Shown here piece by piece: positions 63,150 to 64,000 of a stretch of DNA of 64,000 bases (position 1 is the first letter of the stretch; the number at the start of each line of letters is the position of its first letter). Under the pieces are notes generated by a model that was not told the DNA's origin, did not search any database, and saw only the letters and a list, made by a program, of their open reading frames with translations. The position numbers and the translations under genes are program-made. Source of the stretch: Hypanus sabinus (taxonomy: Eukaryota); the NCBI RefSeq assembly GCF_030144855.1, contig NC_082717.1, positions 4,464,001-4,528,000 on the forward strand. The letters run 5' to 3'.

Positions 63150-64000
63150 TTTGCGAAGTCCCGGATATGAGTTTGGTCAAAAAACTTCACTGACTCGGCA
63201 TTCAGCATGAGGTAGTAAATTGGATTAGACATTGGTTTTGTGGGAGAAGCCAGAGACTGGTAGCAGATGGTTGCCTCTCTGAATGGAGGACAGTGGCTCG
63301 TGGTGTGCCGCAGGGACTGGTGTTGGGTCAAATGTTCTCTGTCATCTACATCGATGGTCTGGATGATAATGTGATCAACTGGATCAGCATGTTTATGGAT
63401 GAAGTAAAGATTGGAGTGCAGTGGACAGTGAGCTAAGTCGATCAACGCTTGCAGAGGGATCTGGATCAGCTGGAAAAATGGGCTGAAAATGTCAGGTGGA
63501 ATTTAATGCAGACAAGTGTGAGGTGTTGCAGATCAGTAGGACCAACCAGGGAAGGTCTTATAGAGAGAAGAGAAGGGTGCTGCAGAGTGTAGTAGAACAG
63601 GGAATACAGGTACATATTTCATTGAAAGTAGTGTCAGATGTAGATAGGGTTGGAAAGAAAGATTTCAGCACATTGGCCTTCATAAATCAATGTACCGAGT
63701 ACAGGAAATGGAATGCTATGTTCAACTTGTATAATCTTGTATAATGAACTCCTAATCTGGAGTCTTGTAAGCAATTTTGGTTACCTACGTGCCTACAGGA
63801 AAGATGTAAGCAAGTTTGAAAGAGTACAGAGAAAAATTACAAGGATGTTGTCACGCCTGGTGGACCTGAGATAATAAGAAAAGATTAAATGGGTTAGGAC
63901 AGCATTCTTCAGGATGTAGAAGATTGAAAGAAGATTTGATAGGAGTTTGCTACACTATGAGTGTTATAGATTGCGTATATACAAGTAGGCTTTTTGTACT
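63150..64000 (+). mobile_element. Decayed CR1 RT fragment
   Basis: ORF 63496..63744 (MEFNADKCEVL) and flanking RT sequence. Confidence 0.75.

Overview
Vertebrate genomic DNA, very probably a cartilaginous fish (shark or ray). This is inferred from the CR1-dominated repeat landscape and the shark-like Ig domains. Most of the window is decayed TEs: CR1 LINEs, L1/Tx1, Rex1/Babar-like fragments, a hAT/Buster copy, a Tigger-like MITE, LTR remnants and minisatellites. Among them I assembled by hand one + strand, 8-exon gene (6145-35444; all introns GT-AG and phase-compatible; 1050 nt, 349 aa) that the ORF track shows only in fragments. It encodes a signal peptide, two tandem antigen-receptor-like V domains each already fused to a J-like G-strand in the germline (no RSS, no C1 domain), an uncharged TM helix, and a tail with a YEN motif and an ITAM (YKAL-x7-YGHL). 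The ITAM is split by a phase-0 intron at the position typical of CD3/CD79/DAP12/FcRg. This non-rearranging VJ-VJ receptor carrying its own ITAM is the main candidate for an undescribed system; whether it is already described needs a database search. Also present: candidate lymphoid promoter and enhancer motif clusters, a 68-bp minisatellite with a 5-unit higher-order repeat in the last intron, a lone NME6 exon, and a probable terminal exon of an unidentified minus-strand gene. Most TE boundaries are approximate.
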